A stretch of 64,000 nt of DNA from an uncultured Verrucomicrobiae bacterium (GTDB taxonomy: Bacteria; Verrucomicrobiota; Verrucomicrobiia; Limisphaerales; Palsa-1400), in NCBI GenBank assembly GCA_963764165.1, contig CAVXRD010000002.1, positions 768,001 through 832,000 on the forward strand, in the 5' to 3' direction. This document shows, piece after piece, positions 17,254 through 27,652 of this stretch. Position 1 is the first letter of the stretch. The number at the start of each line of letters is the position of its first letter. The notes beneath the pieces were generated by a model. The model was not told where the DNA came from. It did no database searches and worked only from the letters and a program-made list of their open reading frames with translations. A program made the position numbers and the translations under genes.

Positions 17254-20200
17254 ATGCGATTTTCCAGACAACCGTTGCTCAAGATTGCCGTTAGCCTTCT
17301 CGGTCTCGCATGGGGACTTGGCAGCGCCAGCGCCCAATCCACGTGGAATTTGAATGCCAACGGCGATTGGGCTACTGCCACAAACTGGTCGCCGAGCACC
17401 GTTCCCAACTCCAGTGGCGCCACTGCGATTCTCGGGTCGGTGATCACTGCGCCAACGACGCTTTGGATCGGCGGAAACACGACGGTTGGCACGCTAAGTT
17501 TCTCCAGTTCAGCAAATTACACGGTTGCCAGCTCTGGTTCGATTTATTTTCTTTTCCAAACCTCGCTTCCCCTGGGAACTGTCGCCTTGGACAATAGCGG
17601 CTCGGGATCGCCAAACCTCACCCCGTCGATCTATCTGAACAGCCCATTGGTCGTGACCCAGGCTGGAACGGGAATACTGACGATCACGGGCAATATCCAA
17701 GCCTCATCGGGCTCGATTACCAAATACGGTTCCGGCACGTTGCTTCTCGCCGGAGACAACGCCTATGCCGGGGGAACTTTCATCGATCAGGGCACGATTG
17801 CCGTCGCCGCGGAAACCGCCTTGGGAAATGGAACCAACATCACAATTAATGGCGGCACGCTCCAGATAAACGGAAATATCACCACGCTGGGGGCGAACAT
17901 TTATTCAACCAATCAGCCCGCTACCCGGTATTATACCATCGGGTCCGGCGGCGCGAATTTCAATATCCAGAGCAACTACACCTTGACCTTCCAGAACAAT
18001 CCGGCTGGCGGCACAGGCGGTGGCAGCGTCTTGATCGGATCCGGCACGCTGACCAATACCGGAACTGGCACCCTGGTGCTCGGTGGCGGGAGCACGGGAT
18101 CCTTTGCCGGATCAATTGAGATTGATAACGGCAAAGTGCAGATTGCGGCGGAAACGAACCTCGGCGCAACCGCAGGCAGCCTGACTTTGAACGGCGGCAC
18201 GCTGGAATCGACCTCCAGCTATACGTCGAGCAGCAAGGTTTACACCGTTGGCACGAACGGCGGCACTTTGCAGATCGATACTGGCGCAACCGTGACTTTT
18301 GGTTCGACCTCGAACCTTACCGGGACCGGCAATTTGACGGAATCCGGTGGTGGCACTTTAATCCTGAGCGGCAACAATACGGGCTACACCGGGACGAATA
18401 TCATCACCGGAACCGTGCAAATCAGCGCTGAAAACAACCTCGGCACCACCTCCGACAGTTTGATTATATCGAACGGGGGCACTTTGGTGGTGGCCGGAAC
18501 CTTCACCGACAACGCCAAAAAGGTCATGTATATCGGATCAGGAGGTGGAACGATCGATGTCTTGGCTGGCAACACCAACACCCTCGGCAGCACCGGCCAA
18601 ATCAGCGGCAGCAATGTGTTTACGGTCACTGGCGGCGGCCAGCTGGCCATCTCGGGCAACAACAATGCCACCTGGGGCGGCACGACAATCGTTAGCAACG
18701 GCACGCTTGCTTTTAATGGCGCAGGCACTGCGACGGCTTTAACCAATGTGACCGTAACGGCCCGCGGCACCCTTTTGATCGACAACAGCACCACAGCCAA
18801 TTCCACCCGCCTTAGCACCACTGCGGGCGTCACATTGAATGGCGGCGCCATCGTTTTCAATGGCGATGCGACGACGGCTGTCAGCCAGCAAGTCGGCGCC
18901 CTCACCCTTGCCGGGGGCGATTCAACGATCTACGTGAACAGTAGAGCCACCACTGTAAATACGGCACTTAACTTCAGCAGTTTGGTTGATTCAAGTCCTT
19001 TCTCCACCATCAGTTTTGAAAATACCAACATCGGCAATTTGGGCAACGGCACCCCTAACCCTACCATCGGTTTTACAAATGCTCCGACGACAACAAATGG
19101 AATCATTGCCGGCTGGGCGACTGCCCGCGCCACCAACGGAGGCCAGCTTGTGTTCGCCACCATGAACGGCGGCTCCGTTTCAACCCTCTCCACCTATAGC
19201 ACCGGAACGAACACAGGTTGGAATGCAAACGCCAATGTTCAACTCACCAACAACCAAACCTTGGCAGCCGGCAACTCGGTCTACACATTGACCATGACGA
19301 ATGGGCGGCAGCTTAACCTCGGCACCCACACCCTCACCAACACCAGCGGTGGCCTGATCGCCCAAACCGGTGATACCGCCATTTCCAACGGCGTCATGAC
19401 AGCCGGCGCGTCGGGAGTCGGTGGCACGCTCTACGTCCACGTGGATACTGGCGGCTTTTTGACCAACTACTCCGTCCTCACCAACAATGGCACTGGGGTC
19501 GTGAATCTTGTCAAGGCCAACGGCGGCACGCTGCTATTGGGCGGCGCGAATGCCTACACAGGCGCCACCTACGTCAACGGCGGCACGCTGGAACTGATCT
19601 CGGCCAATGCTGTTCCGACCGGGTCTGACATGACTGTCGCGACGGGTGCGACGTTTAACCTCAACGGTTTCAATCAAACTCTCGGTTCGCTGGCGGGAGC
19701 GGGCACTGTCACCAACTCCTCCGGCACGCTGACGGTGGGCGGCGATAATGCATCGACGACTTTCTCCGGTTCCATCAATGGCAACGGCGCGCTCACGAAA
19801 GCCGGCTCTGGCACTATGATCCTTTCCGGCTCCAACTCGTTTGGCGGCAATTTGACAATCAGCGGCGGCACCTTGAGCGTTTCGCAGGATGCGAATCTCG
19901 GCGCAACCACAAATCTGACGGTTCTCTCAGGTGGCACACTTGGGGTCACGGAATCATTTACAGCAAATTCCAATCGAGTTCTGGATGTGGCCTCCGCTGG
20001 CGGCTATATCAACGTCAGCGCCAACCAGACTCTGACCTTCACCACCTCCAACGCGTGGACAGGCACCGGTAATTTGACCAACAGCGGGGCGGGCACGGTG
20101 GTATTCGCCGGATCCTCCAACTTCACAGGCAACTTGGCCATCAACGGCGGCGGCACGGTTGAGGTCCAAGGCAGCTCCAACGTTGTCTTCAACACGCTGA

Positions 20201-21375
20201 ACAGCAATTTCATAAGTCACCTGACAGGCACCAGCGGCACCCTGATGTATTATGTTACCGGGGATAATTACACCTACACCGTCACAAATTCTCCGGCGGC
20301 GGGCTCCCCGGTTCTGATCGGATTCAACGCCAGCGCCTCCTCCACGAACGCGAATTATACTTTCGGCTCCGCGAGCCCGGCAAATTCCTTGAGCAACTGG
20401 GGCGGAATGGTAATCCATGGCGGCACCGTGTCCATGGCTGGCAACGAAACTTTGGTTGGCAACGGCGTGGCTCCCACAACGTTGGAAATCGACGGCGGCA
20501 CGCTGATCCTCGCCGGCGGCAACCCATCCGGTGGAAAGGTGCTGACGATCAGCGGCAATGCCTATCTTAACGGCGGCGAAATCGAAGGCGGCCCTGGTGG
20601 CGGTTCTCAGGGAACAATTGTTACCTCTGGCAGCATCTATTCGGACGGAACAGTGCTGGTCAACACGCCCAACATCACCATGACACCGGCGAACGGAGTT
20701 ACAAACGTCGTCGCGGGAACAACGCCTTTGGAAGGCATTTCCACCTTCACCGTTGGCACGGGCGCCAGCAACGGCACGGTGCAGCTCAACCAGCGCATCA
20801 CGGTTAGCACCGGCATCCAAATCAACTCGGGAACCCTTTTGCTCGGCGCGAGCTACGTCATCAACGACAGCGCGCCGGTGACGATGTTGAATAACACGAC
20901 GCTCGCCACGGGCGGGTACCAGCAGACGCTCGGCGCCCTGACGCTCGGCACCGGCGTCACCAGCGCCACAGCGACGCTCAGTTTGGGATACGGCACCAAC
21001 AGCTATCTGGCCTTCGCCAACAGCGCCAGCCAAACCTGGAACGGCACGCTGGTCATTTCAAACTATTATAATTCGTGGGACCAAGTTTATTTCGGCACAA
21101 GCAGCAACGGTTTGACAGCCAGCCAATTGGCGTCTATTGAATGGATCAACCCCTACGGCAACGGCGTCAACTTCACCGGCGCAATCATCGAGGGCAACGG
21201 CCTTATCCAACCGGTTCAACCCGTTCCGGAAGCGAAGACGGTGGCGGCATTATTTTTGCTAAGTGCCTTCGCACTGTGGCATGAGAGGAAACGTCTCGCT
21301 GCGCTCCTGGCGGGTCCTGGATGGACTGCCAAACCAGCGCTCGCCCGGGTGCGCGGTTATTTGCTGCGGCATTGA
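17254..21375 (+). CDS. Autotransporter-associated beta-strand repeat protein with PEP-CTERM-like sorting signal
   Basis: Signal peptide from ATG 17254; many KxGxGTLxLxGxNxYxGxTxIxxGTL repeats; C-terminal PVPEAKT + hydrophobic stretch + ERKR; no beta-barrel. Confidence 0.88.
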   Translation: MRFSRQPLLKIAVSLLGLAWGLGSASAQSTWNLNANGDWATATNWSPSTVPNSSGATAILGSVITAPTTLWIGGNTTVGTLSFSSSANYTVASSGSIYFLFQTSLPLGTVALDNSGSGSPNLTPSIYLNSPLVVTQAGTGILTITGNIQASSGSITKYGSGTLLLAGDNAYAGGTFIDQGTIAVAAETALGNGTNITINGGTLQINGNITTLGANIYSTNQPATRYYTIGSGGANFNIQSNYTLTFQNNPAGGTGGGSVLIGSGTLTNTGTGTLVLGGGSTGSFAGSIEIDNGKVQIAAETNLGATAGSLTLNGGTLESTSSYTSSSKVYTVGTNGGTLQIDTGATVTFGSTSNLTGTGNLTESGGGTLILSGNNTGYTGTNIITGTVQISAENNLGTTSDSLIISNGGTLVVAGTFTDNAKKVMYIGSGGGTIDVLAGNTNTLGSTGQISGSNVFTVTGGGQLAISGNNNATWGGTTIVSNGTLAFNGAGTATALTNVTVTARGTLLIDNSTTANSTRLSTTAGVTLNGGAIVFNGDATTAVSQQVGALTLAGGDSTIYVNSRATTVNTALNFSSLVDSSPFSTISFENTNIGNLGNGTPNPTIGFTNAPTTTNGIIAGWATARATNGGQLVFATMNGGSVSTLSTYSTGTNTGWNANANVQLTNNQTLAAGNSVYTLTMTNGRQLNLGTHTLTNTSGGLIAQTGDTAISNGVMTAGASGVGGTLYVHVDTGGFLTNYSVLTNNGTGVVNLVKANGGTLLLGGANAYTGATYVNGGTLELISANAVPTGSDMTVATGATFNLNGFNQTLGSLAGAGTVTNSSGTLTVGGDNASTTFSGSINGNGALTKAGSGTMILSGSNSFGGNLTISGGTLSVSQDANLGATTNLTVLSGGTLGVTESFTANSNRVLDVASAGGYINVSANQTLTFTTSNAWTGTGNLTNSGAGTVVFAGSSNFTGNLAINGGGTVEVQGSSNVVFNTLNSNFISHLTGTSGTLMYYVTGDNYTYTVTNSPAAGSPVLIGFNASASSTNANYTFGSASPANSLSNWGGMVIHGGTVSMAGNETLVGNGVAPTTLEIDGGTLILAGGNPSGGKVLTISGNAYLNGGEIEGGPGGGSQGTIVTSGSIYSDGTVLVNTPNITMTPANGVTNVVAGTTPLEGISTFTVGTGASNGTVQLNQRITVSTGIQINSGTLLLGASYVINDSAPVTMLNNTTLATGGYQQTLGALTLGTGVTSATATLSLGYGTNSYLAFANSASQTWNGTLVISNYYNSWDQVYFGTSSNGLTASQLASIEWINPYGNGVNFTGAIIEGNGLIQPVQPVPEAKTVAALFLLSAFALWHERKRLAALLAGPGWTAKPALARVRGYLLRH

Positions 21376-21449
21376 TCGCGTTCTGGCCGGTACTTTGCCT
21401 TTCGTTGAGAGCAGATTTCTCATACAAAGCTTGCGGTTGACCCGCAACG

Positions 21450-22850
21450 ATGATTTCGCAACACGATAAGGCCATCTACGCTTTCTCAGTCAGCTTGCAG
21501 CTCTTGATGAGCCAGGCCGTTTTCTGGGGGTACTTCGCCGTCTACAACTCCTATTATTCCAACGTCCTTCCGGAAATCGATACCTACGCCATTTACTCCG
21601 TCGTCGCCCTGGCCGGGTTGGTGATCGAAGCCAGCGCCCGGCGCAGCCGGGATTGGGAGTGGACGGACAAAGCCTTCTTCGCGCGCCACCGCTCGGCGCT
21701 CCACCAAACGGTGTTTGCGGCCAGCGCCATTATTTTGTTTCTCATTGCCACGAAGGACCGGTTCATGTCGCGCTTCTTTTTATTCAGCTACATGCCGCTC
21801 CTTTATGCGATGCTGCTCGCCACCACCCGCACGCCGCCGGCTTGGCTGATCCGTTTCTTGATCCAGCGCCAGGGCCCTCAATTCAGCCTGCTGGTCGGCC
21901 CGATGAAGAAAGCCAGTTCTCTTTATCAATGGCTCTCGAGCCGCGGGCACATCGGATACGAGATCGCAGGCGTCGTCAGCAATGAAATCGGCGGCCTCCC
22001 AGGCGATCCGCCATTTCTCGGCGTGCTCTCAGATTTGCAAAATGTGATTCGGGGAAAAAAAATCAGCCTCGTGATCCTTGCGGAACCGCCGGCTGATTCT
22101 TCGATTTTGTCGCAGATTATTTCCGATTGCGAGAATTGCGGAGTGCGTCTGCTGGTGGTGAGCGATTTACAGGAGCGGTTTCGGCACAAAATCACCTACA
22201 CCGAAAGCGGCGGGCTTCACATTATTGGCCTTCGCGAAGAACCGCTGGAAAATCCCATCAATCGAATTCTCAAGCGGCTGATGGATATCTCCATTTCGCT
22301 GCCTGTGGTCTTGTTCATTCTGCCGGTGGCCGCTGTGATTGTCTGGATCCTGCACCGGATGCAATCGCCCGGGCCGTTGTTTTACGCGCAGGAGCGCGCC
22401 GGCTTTCAAAACAATATTTTTTGGATCATCAAATTCCGAACCATGCACACCGACAATCCCGACGCGGCCCGGCAAGCCTCGAAAAACGATGTCCGTGTTT
22501 TCAAGGCGGGAAAATGGCTTCGGAAATTCAGCGTCGATGAACTCCCGCAGTTTATCAACGTGTTGAAAGGCCAAATGAGCGTCGTCGGCCCGCGCCCCCA
22601 TCTCCGTGAGCACAACGAACTCTTCTCGCGAGTCTTTCAGAGCTACCACATCCGCAGCCTCGTCAAGCCGGGCATCACGGGACTGGCGCAGGTTCGGGGA
22701 TTTCGCGGCGAAGCCACCAGCGACCAAGCCCTTCTCGAACGGGCAAAATCGGATATTTATTACCTCGAGAATTGGTCGTTCACGGCGGACATATTGATTG
22801 TTTTCCGGACGTTTCTGCAGGTTTTCTTCCCGCCGAAATCCGCGTATTGA
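21450..22850 (+). CDS. wcaJ: Polyprenyl-phosphate glycosylphosphotransferase (WcaJ family priming enzyme)
   Basis: KRLMDI, KFRTM, DELPQFINVLKGQMSVVGPRP, KPGITGLAQV. Confidence 0.93.
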   Translation: MISQHDKAIYAFSVSLQLLMSQAVFWGYFAVYNSYYSNVLPEIDTYAIYSVVALAGLVIEASARRSRDWEWTDKAFFARHRSALHQTVFAASAIILFLIATKDRFMSRFFLFSYMPLLYAMLLATTRTPPAWLIRFLIQRQGPQFSLLVGPMKKASSLYQWLSSRGHIGYEIAGVVSNEIGGLPGDPPFLGVLSDLQNVIRGKKISLVILAEPPADSSILSQIISDCENCGVRLLVVSDLQERFRHKITYTESGGLHIIGLREEPLENPINRILKRLMDISISLPVVLFILPVAAVIVWILHRMQSPGPLFYAQERAGFQNNIFWIIKFRTMHTDNPDAARQASKNDVRVFKAGKWLRKFSVDELPQFINVLKGQMSVVGPRPHLREHNELFSRVFQSYHIRSLVKPGITGLAQVRGFRGEATSDQALLERAKSDIYYLENWSFTADILIVFRTFLQVFFPPKSAY

Positions 22851-22858
22851 TGAGGGTC

Positions 22859-22939
22859 GGCAGGGCGAGACTCTATCGAGCCCCGAATTGGATTTTGGGA
22901 AATGAATTTAATCAGGGCTCGACGGAGTCCCGCCCTGCC
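22859..22939. repeat. REPIN-like inverted repeat between convergent genes
   Basis: 25-bp arms at 22859-22883 and 22915-22939, 22/25 complementary. Confidence 0.85.
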
Positions 22940-22955
22940 AAAAAGGGTGAAGAAC

Positions 22956-23831
22956 TCACGGCCTCGCGGCGGGCAAGCTTTCTCCGTAACGGATCAACAG
23001 CCAGAAAATCTTCATCGCCTTGAGATAGCGAGGGGCAAATTTTCCAGGCGCATTGGCCACGCGCAGAAACCAGCCAAGATAATATTTATCGGCCCATCCA
23101 GGAATCGATGCCTGGCATCCGCTCAAAAACGCAATGGCCGCGCCGGTGCAAATAATGGCCGGGCGATACGACAGTTCGCGCTTCAAAAATAATCCGAGTT
23201 TCTCCTGAATGCCGCCGCCAAGATTCACCACGATGACATCGGGGCGCGCCGCTTCGATTTGGGCCAGCAATTCCTCATCCCGCAACGCGCCATCGGCGGA
23301 CCTGGTTGCGCCGTAGTTGGGAGCAACGTAGCAGTCCTTTTCAGAGGCCCCGGCCACGTTGCGCGAATGAAGCCAGCGCAGATTGGCCGCTTGCTCCCTT
23401 TCGTTCGGCATGATCCAGAACGAACGGACTTCCGGCCGCGCCGAGAGCGCAACGACCAGCGCCTTGATGAATTCCAACCCGGAAAGGCGAGCGAGTCTTT
23501 TCGCCGGAGAGAAAGGATGGGCCAGATTCCAAATCAAGACCATGGCCCCACTGTCAGGAAGAACAAAATCAGCATTCAGCAGCGATTCGCGATATTGAAA
23601 ATCACGGAGAAAATCGCCAGCCAGCGGCGGGGCCGCAGGGACCAGCACCAAACCGCCTTCAAGGGACAATGCAACGGCTTCCGTTGCGTTGTTTTCCAAA
23701 AAGGGAATTCCCAAAATCTGCAGAGTGCGTTTCTTCGGAGAAGGCTGCCAATCGGATCCATTGCGGCCGCTGGAAAGCGATTCGCCGTTCCCAGGCGGGA
23801 CAGTGTCGATGGAGGTGTCAGCGAGACTCAT
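22956..23831 (-). CDS. WecB/TagA/CpsF family glycosyltransferase (GT26)
   Basis: ADFVLPDSG, RLSGLEF, PDVIVVNLGGGIQE, GAAIAFLSG; start moved to ATG 23831. Confidence 0.88.
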   Translation of the reverse strand: MSLADTSIDTVPPGNGESLSSGRNGSDWQPSPKKRTLQILGIPFLENNATEAVALSLEGGLVLVPAAPPLAGDFLRDFQYRESLLNADFVLPDSGAMVLIWNLAHPFSPAKRLARLSGLEFIKALVVALSARPEVRSFWIMPNEREQAANLRWLHSRNVAGASEKDCYVAPNYGATRSADGALRDEELLAQIEAARPDVIVVNLGGGIQEKLGLFLKRELSYRPAIICTGAAIAFLSGCQASIPGWADKYYLGWFLRVANAPGKFAPRYLKAMKIFWLLIRYGESLPAARP

Positions 23832-23929
23832 TTCGATGTTGAACAGGGTCTTAAACCCACACCGAGAGAGTAGTCTGCCAAGAAGAAGTTGTCGAATAAA
23901 AAGCCCGGATAAATTGTGGCATTTCCGAG

Positions 23930-24811
23930 CTATTTTCCCTCGGGCGGCATGAGATTTCGCTGCTTCCTTAATTCGTATTCTTTCGCAACACTGAGAAACT
24001 CGTAGAACCCGTGCAGCCTGGCAAAATAGTATCCTTCGCGCCCATCCAAAAAGCCGCGCTGCCAGAAATAAACGTAGCAGAATCGCAAAAATGGCCGGCA
24101 CGGAACGCGCATCTGAATTTTTTTCCGCCACACGCGCCAGCCTCCAGCTTGCGATTGCGCCGCCGAGAAATGCTGCGGATCTTCGATCGCGACACGCGCC
24201 TCCCAATTGGAATAGCGATTGTGCCGCTCGACAAAAGTGTCAATGGTTGGAAATGCGTAATGCGCCATTTCCGTTTTCAGATTTCCGATTTGGCCATCCA
24301 CAATCATCGGCTCATGCGCTTCGCAATCGCCAGCGAAACTGGGCAGGCTTGTCATTTGCTGGAAGAGTCCCTTGCCGCGTTTGATCATGCGAATAACCCA
24401 ATTCGGGTAGTAAGCGTGCGCGAGCCACTTCCCAATAAACATGAAACGGCGGTTGATATGGTAGGCGGCAAAAGGACAATCGGGCGCCGTCACAATTTTA
24501 AGAATTTCATCCGCCGCATCCGGCGCGAGCACTTCATCCGCGTCCAGCAAAAAAACCCAGTCGTTCCTGAACGGAAGATTTTGCAGCGACCAGTTTCCCT
24601 TCTTTGGCCACACGCCGTTGAAATGGAATTGGACAACCTTGGCCCCATGTTTGGCCGCGACTTCCTGTGTCCCGTCCGTGCTCTGCGAGTCCACCACAAA
24701 AACTTCATCCGCCCAGCGAATGGACTCCAGGCAGCGCGGCAGATTCGCGGCTTCATTCTTGATGCGAAGGACAAACGAGATGGGAACTTTTTTGGCGGCT
24801 GTTTCCGTCAT
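23930..24811 (-). CDS. Glycosyltransferase family 2
   Basis: KNEAANLPRCL, VVDSQSTDGT, LLDADE, GFLDGREG. Confidence 0.9.
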   Translation of the reverse strand: MTETAAKKVPISFVLRIKNEAANLPRCLESIRWADEVFVVDSQSTDGTQEVAAKHGAKVVQFHFNGVWPKKGNWSLQNLPFRNDWVFLLDADEVLAPDAADEILKIVTAPDCPFAAYHINRRFMFIGKWLAHAYYPNWVIRMIKRGKGLFQQMTSLPSFAGDCEAHEPMIVDGQIGNLKTEMAHYAFPTIDTFVERHNRYSNWEARVAIEDPQHFSAAQSQAGGWRVWRKKIQMRVPCRPFLRFCYVYFWQRGFLDGREGYYFARLHGFYEFLSVAKEYELRKQRNLMPPEGK

Positions 24812-24816
24812 GCAAT

Positions 24817-25371
24817 TTATTTCATTGGGCTCTTGCCTATTTCGCGGGCTGGATTTCCCGCGACCACCACACCGTCCGGCACATGGCGCGTGACCACCGA
24901 ACACGCGCCAACAATGGATTTTTTCCCAACCACAATGCCTGGCATGATGAAAGCGCGAGCGCCGACAAATGCGTTCTCGCCGATTGTAATTTTGCGCACT
25001 TGAAGCGGCTGGTCGGCCAGCGTGAAATCGTGCGTGCCTGAACAAAGATAAGCTTCCTGCGCGACGGTGGCGTGCTCGTGGATTTCGATTTCCCCGAGCG
25101 AATAGGCATTGGCGCGATCGCCAAGGCAGGCGCGGTCGTGCATCGTCAAATTCCACGGAATCTGAATAAGCGCGCGCTGATGAACGAAGGGACGCCCATG
25201 AATTTTCGCGCCAAAGATCCTCAGCCAAAAAAGCCGCCATCCGTTGCAGGGCTTCGGAGTCCAGGCGCAGAGCAGCTTCCAGCAAAATTCCCACAGCAGC
25301 ATCATCGCTTTTTGCTTCCGGCTCCACGGCGAGCTATAGCGCGGAACTTCGAAAGTGGTTACGGGCTGCAT
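24817..25371 (-). CDS. wcaF: WcaF-like hexapeptide-repeat acetyltransferase
   Basis: LRIFGAKI, PWNL, QEAYLCSGTHD, VAGNPAR. Confidence 0.9.
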   Translation of the reverse strand: MQPVTTFEVPRYSSPWSRKQKAMMLLWEFCWKLLCAWTPKPCNGWRLFWLRIFGAKIHGRPFVHQRALIQIPWNLTMHDRACLGDRANAYSLGEIEIHEHATVAQEAYLCSGTHDFTLADQPLQVRKITIGENAFVGARAFIMPGIVVGKKSIVGACSVVTRHVPDGVVVAGNPAREIGKSPMK

Positions 25372-26492
25372 GATTGAATGAGCTGCTGGAAATCTTCCAG
25401 ATAACGATCCGCCACCCGGGCCACCGAAAATGTCTCCGCCGTGGCGCGAGCTTGTTTTCCCACCATGGCGAGACTTCCGGGGTTTTGCAACAGCAATCCT
25501 AGCTTGCTTGACAATTCGGACACGTTATCCGCCACGCGATGATCGAAGACAAACCCGTTCTCGCCATCGCGAATAAAATCGCGGAAGCAAGCCAGGTTGG
25601 AAACCATCGCCGGACACTGCGCGGCCATCGCTTCCAGCGGCGCCGCGCCAAAACTCTCGCCGGTTTCTGCAAGGGACGGGTACATAAACAAATCCGATTC
25701 TTCGTAATTCTTCCTGAGCGCCGATTCCTTGAATTCCGGCTCGCGAAATTCAATTCGGCTTTCGATGCCTGAAGCGATCCCTTTTAATTTCCGCAAAAAC
25801 TCGCCGCCGCCGCCGCCCTGCCCAACTTCCCAGGGTCCAATGATTCGCAATTTCCAGCGTTCCAATCCTCCTCGAACCAACGACGAAAACGCTTTCAACA
25901 GCATTTCCAGTCCCTTCTCGGGATGAATGCGCCCGGCGTAACAGACGCGGTATTGGATGCCGCTTCTGACGGCAGAAGCCGCCAGCATTTCGTCCGACAA
26001 CGGGACCGGCAGAACGCGGACCTTGTCGGCAACGTCCGGCGTTTGTTCAATGATCGCATCACGCACCGCGCAACTGACCGCCTGCAAACGCGCCGAGCGC
26101 CGGTACAAACCCATCTGGCGTTTTGGAAACCGCGCCACATGAACGCAAATCAACCCGGCGCTTTTTCGCCGGCACACGATGGGCAGCCAGAATGTATGTG
26201 TCACCATAATCTGCGCATCGGGCAATGCGCGCGCCACTCGCAGCGAATAAATCAAATCCAGCATCTTCAGCCACGCCAGCGATTTCGTCGTCTGAAAACC
26301 GGGGACGCGGATATGCTGGACGCCGCTGATGATTTCTTGCGAAGGGAAATCTGGAAAGGCGCGCGAAATGTGATTCACAGAATGCCCGCGCCGCGCGAAT
26401 TCCTTGCCGAGGTTGAACCACCATTTCTCGACCGCGCCGCCCCGCACCGGCGGCACGGGGAAAAATGCGCCTTGCGCGATGGTGATTTTCAC
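25359..26492 (-). CDS. Glycosyltransferase family 4
   Basis: PVPPVRGGAVE, YAGRIHPEKG, ESFGAAPLEAMA. Confidence 0.9.
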   Translation of the reverse strand: MKITIAQGAFFPVPPVRGGAVEKWWFNLGKEFARRGHSVNHISRAFPDFPSQEIISGVQHIRVPGFQTTKSLAWLKMLDLIYSLRVARALPDAQIMVTHTFWLPIVCRRKSAGLICVHVARFPKRQMGLYRRSARLQAVSCAVRDAIIEQTPDVADKVRVLPVPLSDEMLAASAVRSGIQYRVCYAGRIHPEKGLEMLLKAFSSLVRGGLERWKLRIIGPWEVGQGGGGGEFLRKLKGIASGIESRIEFREPEFKESALRKNYEESDLFMYPSLAETGESFGAAPLEAMAAQCPAMVSNLACFRDFIRDGENGFVFDHRVADNVSELSSKLGLLLQNPGSLAMVGKQARATAETFSVARVADRYLEDFQQLIQSCSP

Positions 26493-27652
26493 AGGCGTTT
26501 GGCAGCGTCCGATTGCATGATCGCCAGAAAACGATCCGTTACCGCGCCCAATTCAAATCGTGTTTGGAAACATTTGAACGCGCATCGGGCAAATTCAGCC
26601 CGCTGAGGCGCGCTGAGCGCGAGCCACTTTTCCAAGAGCCGGGTCGTGCCTGCAGCATCGTCGGAATCAATCATGCCGCCTTTGTCCGCTTCGATTTCGC
26701 GCCAGATATTGACTTGGTTTGAAATTAAAACTGGAAGCCCGCAGGCCAGCGCCTCGACGACAGCGATGCCAAAATTTTCCTGATGCGACGGCAGCACGAA
26801 AACTTCCGCGCTGCGCATCGCGCCCCATTTCAATTGCACATCAATCATGCCAAGCCACGAGACTCGGTCGGCAATGCCAAGTGCCGCGCAGCGCTCTTGC
26901 AAAGTTGCTTTCCAATCTATCTGATCTGGCCCCGCAAAAACCAATTGCAGCGAAGCATCCCGGCCTGCGACACAAGCAAACGCTTCGATTACGAGGTCGC
27001 AGCCCTTCTTGGGATGAATCCGGCTTAGAAATAATAATATTCGTTTTCCCGAAAGCTCCGGATACCGGGCGAAAAACGCCGCGCGCTGCGCAACGGGATC
27101 CCCGTCGGGCAAATTGGTCCCCTGCCCCGCCACAATTTCGTTTGCCTTGTAGAGCCAGAACGATTGGCGCGCCAGCCGCCGCTCTTCCTCGCAGCAAAAC
27201 AAAACGCCGCGCGCATCGCGCAATACAGGATACTCGCCCCAAGGCCAGTAGAGCCATTTGCGCAAATGCTTTAACGGAAAGGCGCGCTTGAACCACGGGT
27301 CAAGCATCCCATGCGGAAAAACAAAATAGGGCGTGCGCGTGCGAAGGCAGGCGCGGCGCATGGCGAAATTGTTGTATTGCCAAAGTCCATTGCCGATCAC
27401 CACGTCCATTTCAGAACTTTTATTGACAAGCCATTTCTCGAAACCGCGCGCGAAACCGTAGCTGGTGAAGTGAGGCCCGAGTCCATAAATCTTGCATGGA
27501 AAGTCCGGCAGCCACCGTGAATCAGGCGGGTCGAGAGTCGCCACTTCAACTTGATGCCCGCGCTGCGCCAGCAGTCGCGCGCTCTGGCGCACGCCCTCAA
27601 TCGTGCCGCCCACGCGCGGATCGGCTGAATGAATGCAATGAAGCAGCTTCAT
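26489..27652 (-). CDS. Glycosyltransferase family 4
   Basis: PHGMLDPW, FLSRIHPKKG, ENFGIAVVEALA. Confidence 0.92.
   Translation of the reverse strand: MKLLHCIHSADPRVGGTIEGVRQSARLLAQRGHQVEVATLDPPDSRWLPDFPCKIYGLGPHFTSYGFARGFEKWLVNKSSEMDVVIGNGLWQYNNFAMRRACLRTRTPYFVFPHGMLDPWFKRAFPLKHLRKWLYWPWGEYPVLRDARGVLFCCEEERRLARQSFWLYKANEIVAGQGTNLPDGDPVAQRAAFFARYPELSGKRILLFLSRIHPKKGCDLVIEAFACVAGRDASLQLVFAGPDQIDWKATLQERCAALGIADRVSWLGMIDVQLKWGAMRSAEVFVLPSHQENFGIAVVEALACGLPVLISNQVNIWREIEADKGGMIDSDDAAGTTRLLEKWLALSAPQRAEFARCAFKCFQTRFELGAVTDRFLAIMQSDAAKRL

Noticed and set aside
19954..21033. 359-aa minus-strand ORF
   Set aside because: Antisense to the repeat-rich surface protein.
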